Shown here: in pieces, positions 62,730 through 64,000 of the stretch
Position numbering within the stretch: the first letter of the stretch is position 1
Layout of the letters: every line of letters starts with the position of its first letter
NCBI RefSeq assembly: GCF_963921235.1
Contig: NC_086097.1
Span: 198,092,001 to 198,156,000, forward strand
Reading direction: 5' to 3'
Length of the DNA: 64,000 nt
From: Mobula hypostoma
Taxonomy: Eukaryota
The notes under the pieces: generated by a model
Told to the model about the DNA's origin: nothing
Seen by the model: the letters and a program-made list of their open reading frames with translations, nothing else
Database searches by the model: none
Translations under genes and position numbers: made by a program

Positions 62730-64000
62730 ATAACTCACAACCATGTCGTTCGCATGGCCCTCACTAATGCACCTGAGAAGGACTATAGGGAGCTTGCTAA
62801 AATGGCTGATAATCTATATTCAGCTCGGCATTGAGTGGTGCATCATTCCTCCTTTCTTCACCTCAATAAGCCCAATCAGCAAGGCCCCCAATATGAGAAC
62901 AGTTGTGGCTGTGAAACATATGGCACTGGGTCTGTGTTTTTGCCATGTGTGCTTCGGCACGTCCACTAGGTTGGCACATCAGAGGTCTGTGAACATCGTG
63001 GGTTCCAGCTGCCAGGGTTGCTTTCTGTACATTATAGAGACCCTTTCAGGGCAGTGCTTCCTGTGTGACAGGAGTGCTAAAGTGAGTGTGCTGCCAGCGT
63101 CGCCTATTGATGGGAAGGCAAAGAGTGACAAAACCTTGCTGGAGCAGCAAGATCCACACTTACGGGACACGATGGGTGACACTCTGCTTCAGTGGGCAAT
63201 GTTGCACATGGGGCTTCATCCTGGCTGGAATGGCTGGACCTCTGCTCGGTGCAGATTTCCTGTGTGACCAAGGACTGTTGGTCGATCTCAAGAACTGTCG
63301 GCTTGTGGATTCAAGGACTTCCTACACCACCCTCCCCACCCCCAGTAAGCTCCCCAGAATGTCTCTGTCAAGCGCATACAACACCAGACGTGAATTTACT
63401 TGACTGATGAGCGGATTTCCAAACCTCACCAAGTCTACATTCTCCATGACGGCCACAAAACATGGGGTCGAGCATCATATTACCACAACTGACCCACCAC
63501 TCCACGCCCACACACAGAGACTGGACCTACAACAGCTGACAATCGCAAAGGCTGAATTTGCCAACATGGAAAGGCTTGACATTGTTAGCCAGTCAAATAG
63601 CCCCTGGGCTTCACCCCTCCATATTGTCCCTCAGTGCGATGGTGGTTTCCATCCATATGGAGATTGCTAACGTCTTAACCAGGCCACCACCCCAGATTGT
63701 TACCCGGTCCTATACATCTAAGACTTCAGCTCACTTAGCCAGAAAGTTAATTTTTTCCAAAGTTGTTCTTGTTAGGGGTTACCATCAGGTGCCTGTGTGC
63801 TCAGAGGACATTTCTGAAACAGCTGTGATAATCCATTTGGCCCTTTTGATTTTTTTGCGCAGGCCATTTGGACTGAAAAATGTAGCACAGACTTTCCAAT
63901 GGCTGATGGGCTCTGCATCAAAAGACCTACATTTTCTTTTTGTTTAGCTGGATGCCGTGCATCCAAAAACGAACACAATCTCATTTCCGCACACCTTTTG
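62730..64000 (+). mobile_element. Decayed Gypsy gag end, protease and RT (runs off window)
   Basis: FLCDRSAKVSVLP (DTGA decayed), PLLGADFL, HGVEHHITT..SNSPWASPLHIVP, FSKVVLVRGYHQVPV..PFGLKNVAQTFQ. Confidence 0.9.

Noticed and set aside
1..64000. Strand bias of LINEs indicating host-gene direction
   Set aside because: CR1 and Rex copies occur on both strands in similar numbers.

Overview
Eukaryotic, AT-rich, repeat-dominated genomic DNA with no recognisable host protein-coding gene; it looks like a large intron or intergenic region. The repeat mix (CR1 LINEs with SGNH-esterase ORF1, V-domain tRNA SINEs, Rex1/Babar LINEs, Penelope-like tails, Gypsy elements) suggests a cartilaginous fish, probably a ray (inference). 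Most of the window is nested, decayed transposable elements: many CR1 and Rex1 copies, an RTE fragment, several Gypsy elements (one full-length chromovirus-type provirus with both LTRs, two solo LTRs, one pol-less derivative), a Tigger/pogo DNA element, and non-autonomous retroposons with Rex-like tails. The only long ORF (17177-18601) is a young 5'-truncated CR1 reverse transcriptase. Main highlights: (1) a family of short Penelope-like 3' ends carrying minimal type I hammerhead ribozyme motifs, one copy with an intact core, some fused head-to-head, and three independent insertions with exactly 14-bp target duplications; (2) a Tf1/sushi-type self-priming signature in the full-length Gypsy; (3) a Tigger element that from memory closely resembles mammalian Tigger4/Zombi; (4) a candidate recursive splice site. 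All family names were assigned by eye from motifs, not by database search. Boundaries without a TSD are approximate.
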